A model generated the notes under the pieces. It made no database searches, was not told the origin of the DNA, and was given only the letters and a program-made list of their open reading frames with translations. Positions 1 through 9,882 of a stretch of DNA of 64,000 nt are shown here, piece after piece (within the stretch, counting starts at the first letter, position 1; the number at the start of each line of letters is the position of its first letter). The position numbers and the translations under genes were made by a program. Origin of the DNA: an uncultured Candidatus Saccharibacteria bacterium (GTDB taxonomy: Bacteria > Patescibacteriota > Saccharimonadia > CAILAD01 > JADZBC01); the NCBI GenBank assembly GCA_964413715.1, contig CAYPSN010000005.1:1572-65571 (forward strand), in the 5' to 3' direction.

Positions 1-1
1 A

Positions 2-670
2 GTGGCGCGAGATTTAGACCTTAACTTAATCAACATCGCTGCTGAGCCTTTTGCCGTGGCTAAGAGCGTCGGTGCGGATGACTCTACTGAATTTAGCGCC
101 ATATTTATTGATATGGGCGGTGGTACCAGTGACATAGCGGTAGTAAACAATGGTGGCGTGGAAGGCACTAAGATGTTTGCCATTGCTGGGCGTAGTTTTA
201 CTAAGAGGATCGCTTCGACTTTTGGCTTGAGTTTTGAAGAAGCCGAAAAGCTCAAACTGGATTATTCCGCCGGCAAGCTGAGCGAAGCTAAGGAAAAGCA
301 GGTGGCAAAGGCACTGGAAGGTGACATAGATGTGTGGCTGAGTGGGGTAGAGCTTTCACTGGCCGAGTTTGATCATTTGGATCATTTGCCAGCAAGAATA
401 CTATTGTGTGGTGGCGCAAGTGCATTACCAGAAATTAAAAAAGCTCTCATGTCGGCTGAATGGCAAAAGAAACTACCCTTTGCTCGCAAGCCCAAAGTTG
501 ATTTTGTGAGTCCGGCCGAAGTAAATCGAGTGGTAGATACAACAGGCAAATTGGTAAATCAGCAAGACATTACCCCAATGGGACTGGCCAACCTTGGCCT
601 CGATATTGTGGGTAGCGAAAACATGAGCGAAAGTATCATCCAGCGTCTAAGCAGAACATTAAGTATCTAG
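2..670 (+). CDS. FtsA/PilM-like actin-fold ATPase, 5'-truncated by window edge
   Basis: AEPFA, FIDMGGGTSDI (phosphate-2) and LLCGGAS (adenosine) motifs of the FtsA/actin family. Confidence 0.8.
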   Translation: MARDLDLNLINIAAEPFAVAKSVGADDSTEFSAIFIDMGGGTSDIAVVNNGGVEGTKMFAIAGRSFTKRIASTFGLSFEEAEKLKLDYSAGKLSEAKEKQVAKALEGDIDVWLSGVELSLAEFDHLDHLPARILLCGGASALPEIKKALMSAEWQKKLPFARKPKVDFVSPAEVNRVVDTTGKLVNQQDITPMGLANLGLDIVGSENMSESIIQRLSRTLSI

Positions 671-737
671 CTCTTTTTTCTGCCCTGCATAAGCGCTATA
701 CTTATCTGTAATTATTAAATTTTTGGAGAGATCGTCT

Positions 738-965
738 ATGGCTAAGAAAGTTGCAAAAAGTAAATTCGAAGTTGTGAGGCAGGCTGTCCAATTCTTCACT
801 ATAGCCGCTGCCATAACCGTTGGGGTAGTTACAATAATTTCATTGGCCACCGGCGGCTCAGACTTTCTGATCAGTATCAATGATGTATTTATTGCCCTCA
901 CGATGTTCGGGGGCATTGCTATGGGTGCGCTCTACGCTGTGAAATTACTTAAACTAAAAGAGTAA
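738..965 (+). CDS. small two-TM membrane protein
   Basis: GGAG upstream of ATG 738; two hydrophobic segments. Confidence 0.6.
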   Translation: MAKKVAKSKFEVVRQAVQFFTIAAAITVGVVTIISLATGGSDFLISINDVFIALTMFGGIAMGALYAVKLLKLKE

Positions 966-1016
966 GCGTTTTTTATTCGGGTGCTAATCTAATAGCTTTG
1001 CGTTATAATAATGCTT

Positions 1017-2672
1017 ATGAATGAAGCGGAAATTATATATCTCGAAGTCGATGCCGAGATAACAGAAGCAATCGATAAGTTAAAGAGCGCCAAGGGTGAT
1101 GCAGTAAAGGTAGTAGTGCCTGCTCGCTCCACCTTGCTCCAGAGTGCGGTCAACTTAAAACTCCTCAAAAAAGCCGCGAAGGATCATGGCAAAGAGCTGG
1201 CTCTGGTAACGAACGACAAGACAGCCACGTATTTGGCAGGTGGTGTAGGGCTGGCTGTAGCCTCGTCGCTAAAGGCTGAACCGAAGGTGCCCGAAGCTAT
1301 AGAAGAGGCCATTAATCCAGATATAGTTGAGCCAGAGCCCGAGGAAAGCTCTACGGCGAGTAAAGATGGTGGCAAATCATCATCCAGTAGCTCTGGTAGC
1401 AAAGATAAATCCGACAAGTCAGACAAAGCGAGCGCAGCGACCGAAGAGGCGGGTGTCAGCAAGCGAGCGCTTGGCGATGAAGAGATTGACGAAGATCGAC
1501 CTGCTGGCAAAAAAGCCAAAGTGCCAAACTACAATGCTTTTCAGAAAAAGCTTTGGATTGGCATGGGTGTTTTTATGGGCATTTTGTTGGCAGTAATTCT
1601 GGCTATCACCTTGCCGACGGCAAAGTTAACCGTTATTGCCAAGGCTGATAAACTACCGATTAAGTCTGATTTTGTACTCGACACCTCTGGAGTTGAGACC
1701 AATGTGGATGCGCTGACATTCGCTGGCAATAAGCTAACGCTGCAAAAAGATTTAACCCAGAACTTCACGGCTACTGGCAAGAAAGACGTTGGTACAAAGG
1801 CGGCTGGTAACGTGACAATATCCAATGCTTCAAATTCTGATCCAATTACAATTGCAGCGGGTACAGTATTGTCGAGCCAAGGCAAGAATTTCTCGCTGAA
1901 TTCAGCCACTACTGTGCCGGGTGCAAAATTACAAGGCGGAAACATTGTTGCTGGTAAGGTCACTGCGGCTATTACGGCTACGGCAAACGGTGACTCGTAT
2001 AATTTGGGTACCACCACATTTACTGTCGTGGGTTACAACGATAAAGTTACTGCCTCTGGCTCTACTTCAGGCGGAACTTCGAAGACCGTTACGATTGTGT
2101 CGCAAAGCGACGTTGATAGTGCTAAGCAGCAAGCTATTGATGCTGCAGCCAATGGCTCCAAGGACGAGCTTTTAGACAAGGCGACCGACAAAGATGTAGT
2201 TTTCGATGATACGTTTGCGACAACTACTGATTCTGTTTCATCGAGTGTTGCTGTAGGCAGCGAAGCAGAAAGCGGCACCGTAACGGTGAAGGTAACCTAC
2301 TCAGTCGCCGAAGCCAAGAAGGAAACTATGGACAAGCTCCTAGATTCGCTTGCGAACGACGCTATGCCAGACGGCAATCAGCAGTTGTATCAAAACGGAT
2401 CAGACAGCGCCAAATACTCACTATTGCGCGCCGTTAGCGACAATCGGTACCGAATGAATGTTGCTGCTGATGCTTATTACGGCAAACGCATCGACAAAAG
2501 CCAGATTGCTAAAGACACTGCGGGCAAAGCTAAGAAGGACGTGACGGCAGCGGTACAGAAAAACAACCCAAGTGTAACTGGCACACAAATTGAGTCTACG
2601 CCTTCGCTCATGCCGAATATGCCAGCTCTCAGTAGCCACATAACCGTAGTAATTAGGGTAAACACTGAATAG
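1017..2672 (+). CDS. membrane-anchored baseplate J/gp47-like protein (CPR/Chloroflexi type)
   Basis: N-terminal IYLEVDAEIT..LLQSAVNLKLLK domain, Ser/acidic linker, one TM, then ATGKKDVGTKAAGNVTISN..TIAAGTVL beta-rich domain; TATAAT 7 nt before ATG 1017. Confidence 0.7.
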   Translation: MNEAEIIYLEVDAEITEAIDKLKSAKGDAVKVVVPARSTLLQSAVNLKLLKKAAKDHGKELALVTNDKTATYLAGGVGLAVASSLKAEPKVPEAIEEAINPDIVEPEPEESSTASKDGGKSSSSSSGSKDKSDKSDKASAATEEAGVSKRALGDEEIDEDRPAGKKAKVPNYNAFQKKLWIGMGVFMGILLAVILAITLPTAKLTVIAKADKLPIKSDFVLDTSGVETNVDALTFAGNKLTLQKDLTQNFTATGKKDVGTKAAGNVTISNASNSDPITIAAGTVLSSQGKNFSLNSATTVPGAKLQGGNIVAGKVTAAITATANGDSYNLGTTTFTVVGYNDKVTASGSTSGGTSKTVTIVSQSDVDSAKQQAIDAAANGSKDELLDKATDKDVVFDDTFATTTDSVSSSVAVGSEAESGTVTVKVTYSVAEAKKETMDKLLDSLANDAMPDGNQQLYQNGSDSAKYSLLRAVSDNRYRMNVAADAYYGKRIDKSQIAKDTAGKAKKDVTAAVQKNNPSVTGTQIESTPSLMPNMPALSSHITVVIRVNTE

Positions 2673-2703
2673 CCTGACCTCTCCCCACCAGACGGATAGT
2701 ATT

Positions 2704-3087
2704 TTGGCGTTTGACTATGGCAGTAAGCGAATTGGCGTAGCCACATGCTTCGCTGCCGGTAAGCCATTGCCTCTAACTACCGTGGATGCCACGAGCGACG
2801 TGTGGAGTGCGATTGGGCATTTGGTACGTAAACATAGCCCTAGAATAGTAGTGGTAGGTTGGCCACGTGGCCTAGATGGCCAGCATACACAACAAACTAT
2901 TAAGGCCGAACAATTTGCCGAAGAAATCCACCAGCGCTTTGGCGTAGAGATAAAATTACAGGACGAGGTCTTGACGAGCGAAGAAGCAGAAAAGAGAATA
3001 GATCCCAAGCTGCCAATCAAAAAAAGAAGAGAGCAGATCGACATGATAGCAGCGCAAATTATTTTGGAGGATTATCTGGGTGAGTAA
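2704..3087 (+). CDS. ruvX: YqgF/RuvX family RNase H-fold nuclease
   Basis: (IL)AFDYGSKRIGVA, VVGWP, QDEVLTS, IDMIAAQIILEDYL; true start probably a few codons upstream. Confidence 0.9.
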   Translation: MAFDYGSKRIGVATCFAAGKPLPLTTVDATSDVWSAIGHLVRKHSPRIVVVGWPRGLDGQHTQQTIKAEQFAEEIHQRFGVEIKLQDEVLTSEEAEKRIDPKLPIKKRREQIDMIAAQIILEDYLGE

Positions 3088-4084
3088 TGCAAAGCGAATG
3101 TCTATAGTAATAATTGGCTGCTTAGCGATTTTATCGCTGTTGTTTGTCAGTCTATGGTCGTTTGCTGTGTACGTGCCACAGAATAGCCAGACTACTCGAT
3201 CTACTACCGTGGAAATTAAGCCGGGTTCATCGATAACGCAAATTGCCCAGGTATTGCGCCAAGAAGACTTGGTGTCATCTTCATTTATGTTTACCCTGTA
3301 CGCTCGCTTAAGCGGCAAAGGTGATCGCTTGATACCTGGTACGTATGAGTTAAAAGGCAGTATGAACATGCCTCAAATCGTTGATTATATCGCCAGTGGC
3401 AAGGTAGCAGCTCGTAAAATTACGGTGCCAGAGGGCTTTACGGTGCAGAAAATAGCAAAGTTATGGAGTCAAGCAGGTTTTGGTGCGTCGCAAGAGTTTT
3501 TGAGTGCTGCTAAGCAAACGTATAATTACGAATTTTTGCCAAAAGCTGGCCCCGAGGTCGTTTATCCGGTAGAGGGCTACCTATTTCCCGCCACATACCA
3601 GGTGAGTGTGAACGCTTCGGCCCAAACATTTGTAAAGCAAATGCTCGATGCATTCGCTCAGCAGGCACAGCCAGTACTAAGTAGCGAGAATAGCGGCAAG
3701 TTAACCTCTGCTCAAGTAGTTACGCTAGCTTCCATCGTTGAACGAGAGGCAAATGACGCAGTGAATCGTGCCAAAGTTGCTCAAGTGTTCATAAATAGGC
3801 TAAACCAAGGAATGCCGCTGCAGAGCGATGTAACGGTAAATTATGCTACTGGCAAATCAAATACCGCTGCCGCAGACATTGTCTTTAAGTCCCCATACAA
3901 TACATATCTGGTAAAAAGCTTGCCACCTGGACCTATCTGCAGTCCTGGTTTAGAAGCTATTAATGCAGTGTTGCGACCCACCAAAACCGATGACCTGTAC
4001 TTTTTAGCCGCGCCAAATGGTGAAGTGTATTACGCCAAAACGCTTACAGATCACAATAAAAACATTGATCGCTACCTAAAATAG
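3080..4084 (+). CDS. mltG: endolytic transglycosylase MltG
   Basis: N-terminal TM; EGYLFPATY, LASIVEREA, LQSDVTV, SPYNTY..LPPGPICSPG. Confidence 0.95.
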   Translation: MSNAKRMSIVIIGCLAILSLLFVSLWSFAVYVPQNSQTTRSTTVEIKPGSSITQIAQVLRQEDLVSSSFMFTLYARLSGKGDRLIPGTYELKGSMNMPQIVDYIASGKVAARKITVPEGFTVQKIAKLWSQAGFGASQEFLSAAKQTYNYEFLPKAGPEVVYPVEGYLFPATYQVSVNASAQTFVKQMLDAFAQQAQPVLSSENSGKLTSAQVVTLASIVEREANDAVNRAKVAQVFINRLNQGMPLQSDVTVNYATGKSNTAAADIVFKSPYNTYLVKSLPPGPICSPGLEAINAVLRPTKTDDLYFLAAPNGEVYYAKTLTDHNKNIDRYLK

Positions 4085-4119
4085 TACGTATTTGCTTATA
4101 TGAAAGTAAATACGGCGTA

Positions 4120-4148
4120 TTGACTGCCAGCCGAGGGCGTGCTAGACT
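4120..4148 (+). promoter_or_regulatory. sigma70-type promoter of the LysM-CHAP gene
   Basis: TTGACT-17 bp-TAGACT with extended -10 TG. Confidence 0.7.
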
Positions 4149-4154
4149 ATCTGA

Positions 4155-4341
4155 GTAACTTTGTAGAGCATAAGCACTATACGCCTATGCAAAGCAAACG
4201 AGCCTGCACCAGTTTGTCAGAGATGGAGATTTAAACAAACAAAGGTCGAACCCTCCGGTCTTGAATCAGTCAAGAGAAGGACAAACCGCAGTAATAACGC
4301 TAGTACCCCACAGATATTGATTGCGTTAGAGGAGATGCTTT
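4155..4341 (+). ncRNA. structured 5' leader, candidate lysM-TM7-like cis-regulatory RNA
   Basis: ~190 nt between promoter and SD with several hairpins (TCTTGA/TCAAGA 4259-4275; TAACGC/GCGTTA 4295-4328); position upstream of a LysM gene; family match not verified. Confidence 0.45.
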
Positions 4342-5550
4342 ATTAGTAGAAAAGCACTTGGTCTAACCCTTAGAGTGCGTCACGAATCATTCGTTGGCGT
4401 GGGACAGGACCAGACTTTTTCGAAAATAAAAACTCAGCATGCTGCAGCTCAAGAAGCAAAGCAGGTGCAAAACAAAAGTCGAATGTTTTCAGCCAATACG
4501 GCTATAAGTGAAAAATTACAATTTGATGCCCTGAAGAAAAAGGGTAATGAGTACAAAGCAGGCTTTGCTCGCTTTGGTGTGCATGCAGCAGTCATTGCTG
4601 TTGCGGCAGTCTTTGTATTGGCCGGTAAGTACACGCCTACATTTGCTCAGATGGGTGGCGATGGGGCTGCGGTTTCGGCTGTTGACCAAACGAGCGAGCT
4701 CGCTACTGGTGCAGTGGTCGCAACTGCCACAAATAGTGTGATTAAGTCTGATGTGGCGGAAATTGCCAATACTGCAAGTTCACAAGTGTACTTAGCAACT
4801 GCTGGCGACGGCTTTTTGGCTAAAAAACAGCCAATGCAGGCTGCAGTACAGACCAAAGAAGTCTCTAGCTACGTAGTCAAGAGTGGTGATACGCTCTGGA
4901 GTATTTCGTCGCAGTTTAACGTTACGACCGACACGATTAAGTGGGCCAATAACTTGGATGAAAACAGCGTTTTAAAGCCAGGAACACAGCTAACTGTGCT
5001 GCCTGTAAACGGCATCTTGCACGTCGTGAAGGCTGGTGACACTCTTTCGGGTATCGCAGCTCGCTACCAGGCTAACGCTAGCTTGATAGACAGCTTTAAC
5101 GACCTGCAGGGCGCTGCACCTACTGAGGGTATGAAATTGATTGTGCCAGACGGGGTAATGCCTCAAATTGCCGCTGCTGGTGCTCCAGCCCAGACTGCTA
5201 CAGCACGAACACGAACAGCGGCTGTTACTACGCCAGCTTTCTCATACCGCGGAAGTGGTAACGGCTATACACCAGGACAATGCACATGGTACGTGGCGTC
5301 ACGTCGACCAGTGCCTAGTAACTGGGGCAATGCGATTAGCTGGTACTACAACGCTCAGGCGAGTGGCTATGCAGTCGGTGCTTTCCCTCGTGCAGGCGCA
5401 ATTGGCTGGGAACGAACCAACCACGTAGTTTACGTTGACTCTGTGAATCCAGATGGCTCAGTGAATATTTCTGAAATGAACTTCAACTACCAGGCTGGCG
5501 TATTGCACCGCAGAACAACATCTGCAAGCCAATTCCTCTACATCTATTAA
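4342..5550 (+). CDS. LysM-LysM-CHAP peptidoglycan hydrolase
   Basis: two LysM repeats (YVVKSGDTLWSIS, HVVKAGDTLSGIA); CHAP GQCTWYV..WGNA..HVVYV..SEMN; start either ATT 4342 (after GAGGAG) or GTG 4375. Confidence 0.9.
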   Translation: MSRKALGLTLRVRHESFVGVGQDQTFSKIKTQHAAAQEAKQVQNKSRMFSANTAISEKLQFDALKKKGNEYKAGFARFGVHAAVIAVAAVFVLAGKYTPTFAQMGGDGAAVSAVDQTSELATGAVVATATNSVIKSDVAEIANTASSQVYLATAGDGFLAKKQPMQAAVQTKEVSSYVVKSGDTLWSISSQFNVTTDTIKWANNLDENSVLKPGTQLTVLPVNGILHVVKAGDTLSGIAARYQANASLIDSFNDLQGAAPTEGMKLIVPDGVMPQIAAAGAPAQTATARTRTAAVTTPAFSYRGSGNGYTPGQCTWYVASRRPVPSNWGNAISWYYNAQASGYAVGAFPRAGAIGWERTNHVVYVDSVNPDGSVNISEMNFNYQAGVLHRRTTSASQFLYIY

Positions 5551-5571
5551 TAGATAACAAGCTTTCGGGCA

Positions 5572-5607
5572 AAATAAGCACCCATGCGTAACGCGGGGTG
5601 CTTATTT
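5572..5607 (+). terminator. intrinsic terminator
   Basis: AAATAAGCACCC/GGGTGCTTATTT inverted repeat after the CHAP gene. Confidence 0.75.
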
Positions 5608-5625
5608 GTTGATACAATAGAGGTT

Positions 5626-7776
5626 ATGACCGAATCACTTTTTGCGGATCTCAATCAGGCTCAGCGCGAAGCAGTAGAAACAACCGATGGCCCGATTCTT
5701 ATGCTGGCCGGCGCTGGTAGTGGCAAAACAAAAACCCTGACGCATCGCATTGCCTATTTACTTACCGCTAAGCGGGTAGCGCCAACATGTATATTGGCGG
5801 TTACATTTACCAATAAAGCGGCGGCAGAAATGCGATCGCGCGTCGCCAGCCTTATGGGGGTGGATGATTCGTATACGTTCTTGCCCTTTTTAGGCACGTT
5901 TCACTCGGTGGCAAACAAGATTCTTCGACGTGAAGCAGGTTTGATTGGCTACCCGAGTAATTTTTTGATTTATGACACGTCTGATAGTCAGGCAGTCATA
6001 AAGCAAATTTTGCGCGCCAAAAGACTCGATGAAAAGCAGTATTCGCCAAACCTTATGCAGAATTTGATTTCTTCGGCCAAAAACGAGCTCGTAACGCCAG
6101 ATCAATATCGACAAATGGCAACGGGCAAGATGCAGGAAGTAGCGGCAGACATTTACCCGGCCTACCAAGCAGCTCTCAAAGAAGCTGGGGCAATGGATTT
6201 TGACGATATGATTATGCAGTTGGTCCGTCTGTTAATGAAGAACGGCGAGGTGCTCGAGAAGTACCAACAACAGTTTCAGTACATCTTGGTTGATGAGTAT
6301 CAGGACACCAATCATGCCCAGTATCAGCTCATTAAGCTGCTAGCTGCTAGCCACAAAAACATATGCGTTGTGGGCGATGATTGGCAAAGTATCTATTCAT
6401 GGCGCGGGGCAAATTATGAAAACATTCTCCATTTTGAGCGAGATTATCCTAACGCTAAAGTTGTAAAACTAGAGCAGAATTATCGTTCTACCCAGACGAT
6501 TCTTGATGCCGCGCATCACGTTATTACGAAAAACGCTTCTCGAAGTGACAAGCAGCTGTGGACCGAACTGGGGCATGGTGAAAAGGTCGTGGTGGAAACG
6601 GTCACAGATGAGAGGGCAGAAGGCAGATTGGTAATTGAGACAATACAGCAACTGCGACAGCAAGATTCGGCCCTGCGGCTGAAGGATTTTGCTGTGCTGT
6701 ATCGTACCAATGCTCAGTCGCGTACGCTTGAAGAAGCTTTCCTGCGCTACAACGTACCTTATCAGATTGTTGGAGGTGTGCGCTTCTATGAACGCAAGGA
6801 AATTAAAGACATCCTAGCATATCTCAGACTTATATATCAGCCGAATGATTTGGTGAGTTTTGGACGAGTTATCAACGTTCCGCCTCGCGGCTTGGGCGAG
6901 GTGAGCCTTAATAAGTTCGCTCAGCATCTGCGGCAAAATGGCCTTACCCTGTCACAAGGTTTGCAGGATCCTGATATGGTCGGCGGGTTGACGCCGCGCG
7001 CGAGCAAGAGCCTGCAGCAGTTTGGTGTCATGATGGAGAGTTTGCGTGCTGATGTAAGCTCGATCAGCCTGAGTGATCTTGTGGAGGCTACTTTGCGGCG
7101 TAGCGGCTATCTTGACTGGCTCAATGACGGTAGTGCTATAGGTGAAGATAGGGCGGAGAACTTACAAGAGTTTATTGGTGTGGCAAAAACCTATGACCAC
7201 GTTGGGTTGGAAGATTTTCTCACAGAAATTGCCCTGATCGCAGATGTGGATCAATACAAGGCTAATGCCGATACTGTGACGCTTATGACGTTGCATGCGG
7301 CTAAAGGGTTGGAGTTCGACACAGTCTTTATGGTCGGGATGGAAGAGGGAATCTTTCCACACTCACGAACTTTTTTTGAACCATCTGAGCTCGAGGAAGA
7401 GCGACGATTGTGCTATGTGGGTATGACGCGGGCTAAGCGTCGACTATATTGTATAAGTGCCACGAGCCGTATGCTGTATGGTTCTGCTCAGCATAATATG
7501 CCCTCAAGATTTCTGAGTGATATTCCTGCTGATTTGGTAAGTGTGAGTACGTCTCAAGTGGGTGTTTCGTCTGCGCCGTCGCTCCTCGATAACTTTATGG
7601 GTAGTAGCCAGCAAACCCGCGAGGTCAGTCTGACTGCCGGTGAACGTGTGGCGCATCAGGTTTTTGGAGAAGGTACGGTGGTGAGCGTTGATGGTCATGA
7701 GGCGGTTGTGATGTTCGATGCCAAAGGAAGAAAAACGCTGAATTTAGAATACGCCCCACTGAGAAAGCTAACCTGA
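5626..7776 (+). CDS. pcrA: ATP-dependent DNA helicase PcrA/UvrD
   Basis: LAGAGSGKT, VDEYQDTN, VGDDWQSIYSWRGA, LEQNYRS, TLHAAKGLEF, EEERRLCYVGMTRA. Confidence 0.97.
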   Translation: MTESLFADLNQAQREAVETTDGPILMLAGAGSGKTKTLTHRIAYLLTAKRVAPTCILAVTFTNKAAAEMRSRVASLMGVDDSYTFLPFLGTFHSVANKILRREAGLIGYPSNFLIYDTSDSQAVIKQILRAKRLDEKQYSPNLMQNLISSAKNELVTPDQYRQMATGKMQEVAADIYPAYQAALKEAGAMDFDDMIMQLVRLLMKNGEVLEKYQQQFQYILVDEYQDTNHAQYQLIKLLAASHKNICVVGDDWQSIYSWRGANYENILHFERDYPNAKVVKLEQNYRSTQTILDAAHHVITKNASRSDKQLWTELGHGEKVVVETVTDERAEGRLVIETIQQLRQQDSALRLKDFAVLYRTNAQSRTLEEAFLRYNVPYQIVGGVRFYERKEIKDILAYLRLIYQPNDLVSFGRVINVPPRGLGEVSLNKFAQHLRQNGLTLSQGLQDPDMVGGLTPRASKSLQQFGVMMESLRADVSSISLSDLVEATLRRSGYLDWLNDGSAIGEDRAENLQEFIGVAKTYDHVGLEDFLTEIALIADVDQYKANADTVTLMTLHAAKGLEFDTVFMVGMEEGIFPHSRTFFEPSELEEERRLCYVGMTRAKRRLYCISATSRMLYGSAQHNMPSRFLSDIPADLVSVSTSQVGVSSAPSLLDNFMGSSQQTREVSLTAGERVAHQVFGEGTVVSVDGHEAVVMFDAKGRKTLNLEYAPLRKLT

Positions 7777-7812
7777 CTTGTAGCAATACAACTAATATTA
7801 TATAATGTCAAT

Positions 7813-9087
7813 ATGTTTACAGATAACGTATCAATTACAGTAATTGCCGGCAAAGGTGGTAACGGCAAGCTAAGTTTTCGCTCGCGTCATGGTCAGGCAA
7901 AGGGTGGCCCAGATGGCGGTGATGGTGGCCATGGGGGCAATGTTGTGATGCGCGCCGACAGCAATAACTCAACATTGGCAAAATTCCGGTCTGCCAAGCT
8001 GTGGAAAGCTGATAATGGCATCGATGGTGGGTCGAACGAAAGGCGTGGTAAGAATGCCGAAGATCTTGTTCTGACGGTATTGCCTGGCACGAGTGTTTAT
8101 GGTGATGGTATTTTGCTTGCGGACTTGGTTGCTGACGGCGACGAGGTGGTAGTCGCGCATGGTGGGCGCGGTGGCTATGGCAATGCTCACTTTACTTCGT
8201 CTACTCGACAAGCGCCTAAGTTCGCAGAGCTGGGTGAACCTGGAGAGCTGAAGGAGTTGCAGCTCGAACTCAAGCTCGTAGCAGACGTAGGGTTGGTTGG
8301 TTTGCCAAATGCCGGCAAGTCAACGCTCCTTAGTGTGATTTCTAATGCCAGGCCACAAATCGCTGATTATCCATTTACGACCCTCGTGCCAAATTTGGGT
8401 GTCGTCGATATGGATGGCCAGACCTTTTTGATGGCAGATATCCCGGGTCTGATAGAGGGTGCTGCCGAAGGCAAGGGTTTGGGCGATGAGTTCTTGCGCC
8501 ACGTAGAGCGCACGAAAGTTTTAGTGCATTTGATTGACGCATCAAGCGAAGACGCACTCGGCGCCTATACGACCATTCAGAATGAACTAAAGCACTACCG
8601 GGTGGATCTATCGATCTTGCCACAAATCTTGGTACTTAACAAAATTGATATGTTACAGGATGAGCAGGTTGCATCGCTGCGCGCAGCACTTGCCAAACAA
8701 GTTGGTGTAAAAGCCGACCAGATATTTGCCATTTCTGCCGTAGCCAAGAAAAACCTTGATGCTTTGTTGCGACAGGTACTCGTCGTGGTGCAGCAAGAGA
8801 ATCAGCGCAGGGCAGATGTCGCAGAGCCTGATGAAGCCGAACTGCCTGTTATACGTTTGAGCGACAATGATGAAATGTGGCACGTTGTTCGCCAAGATGA
8901 TGGTAGCTTCTTGGTTACCGGAGCGTCAATCGAAGGCTTTGCAAGGCGCACCAATTTTGATCAATGGCAGGCGAAAGACCGCCTAATTGATATCCTGAAA
9001 AAACGTGGCGTGCTGCGCGAAATCCGCCGACAAGGCGGTGACGAAGGCGTGACGGTCAAAATCGCAGGAAAGTCATTTGTATGGTAA
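7813..9087 (+). CDS. obgE: GTPase ObgE
   Basis: Gly-rich Obg domain; GLPNAGKST, DIPG, NKID; C-terminal OCT domain. Confidence 0.97.
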   Translation: MFTDNVSITVIAGKGGNGKLSFRSRHGQAKGGPDGGDGGHGGNVVMRADSNNSTLAKFRSAKLWKADNGIDGGSNERRGKNAEDLVLTVLPGTSVYGDGILLADLVADGDEVVVAHGGRGGYGNAHFTSSTRQAPKFAELGEPGELKELQLELKLVADVGLVGLPNAGKSTLLSVISNARPQIADYPFTTLVPNLGVVDMDGQTFLMADIPGLIEGAAEGKGLGDEFLRHVERTKVLVHLIDASSEDALGAYTTIQNELKHYRVDLSILPQILVLNKIDMLQDEQVASLRAALAKQVGVKADQIFAISAVAKKNLDALLRQVLVVVQQENQRRADVAEPDEAELPVIRLSDNDEMWHVVRQDDGSFLVTGASIEGFARRTNFDQWQAKDRLIDILKKRGVLREIRRQGGDEGVTVKIAGKSFVW

Positions 9088-9656
9088 AAATCAACTTTGA
9101 AGTTGGTGAAGTTAGCCTGGCGGCAGAAACCAAGCCGGATTTGTTTTCTCCCAAAGGTCTTGATCAGGGCACAAAGCTTCTTTTGGAGGTTATGAATAGC
9201 AGTGCACTAAAGTATCGAAAGGCGCTTGATTGGGGGTGTGGCTGGGGAGCAATAGCGCTGTGGCTGGCTGCTAATCGCCCTACTGCAGACGTTGTTGCAA
9301 TAGACAGTGATATAGCTGCGGTTGCCGCAACTCGCCAGAACGCGTCCGACAATGGCTTACCAAATGTCCGTACGATTGCCAGCCATGGCTATGACGAGAT
9401 AGAAACTGAAACTGACTTTGACGTTATTTGTTCGAATCCGCCGACACATCGAGGCAGAGAAGTCGTTGACACCATGATTCGGCAGTCTGTCCAAAAGCTG
9501 GTCGATGGTGGGCAGCTAGTGCTGGTGGTTGAAGCGAGAATCAAACCATGGGTCGCGCGCGAAATGACTGCGGTGTTTGGTAATTATAAAATCCTCAAAC
9601 GCGGACCTAAAAACGTGGTTTTGATGTCGGTGAAACAAAGCACTGCTGTGCTATAA
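9081..9656 (+). CDS. RsmC-like class I SAM-dependent methyltransferase
   Basis: FSPKGLDQGT, LDWGCGWG, SNPP. Confidence 0.85.
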   Translation: MVKINFEVGEVSLAAETKPDLFSPKGLDQGTKLLLEVMNSSALKYRKALDWGCGWGAIALWLAANRPTADVVAIDSDIAAVAATRQNASDNGLPNVRTIASHGYDEIETETDFDVICSNPPTHRGREVVDTMIRQSVQKLVDGGQLVLVVEARIKPWVAREMTAVFGNYKILKRGPKNVVLMSVKQSTAVL

Positions 9657-9663
9657 TCCAGTT

Positions 9664-9849
9664 ATGGTAAACGTAAAGAAGGCCGACGATTTCTTCAAAA
9701 AAGAAATTGAAACAGCCGAAGTTGAAACAAGTGCTCATTACACCTATCGCGATGGTTTTCGTTTGGGATTAGGTTTTTTTGTCGGTTTTTTACTGGGTGC
9801 AACGCTTTTGACCATTGTCGTCATGATGGTCGGCAGTCTGCTGCGTTAG
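9664..9849 (+). CDS. small membrane protein
   Basis: TG-C-TATAAT 6 nt before ATG; C-terminal TM with GFRLGLGFFVG. Confidence 0.65.
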   Translation: MVNVKKADDFFKKEIETAEVETSAHYTYRDGFRLGLGFFVGFLLGATLLTIVVMMVGSLLR

Positions 9850-9882
9850 CTTGCTTTCTTGGCGTAAATGCGGGAAAATATG

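Noticed and set aside
4155-4341. c-di-AMP (ydaO) riboswitch upstream of the wall hydrolase
   Set aside because: Conserved GCTGAAT and CCCGTCAGCTAAC-like elements not seen
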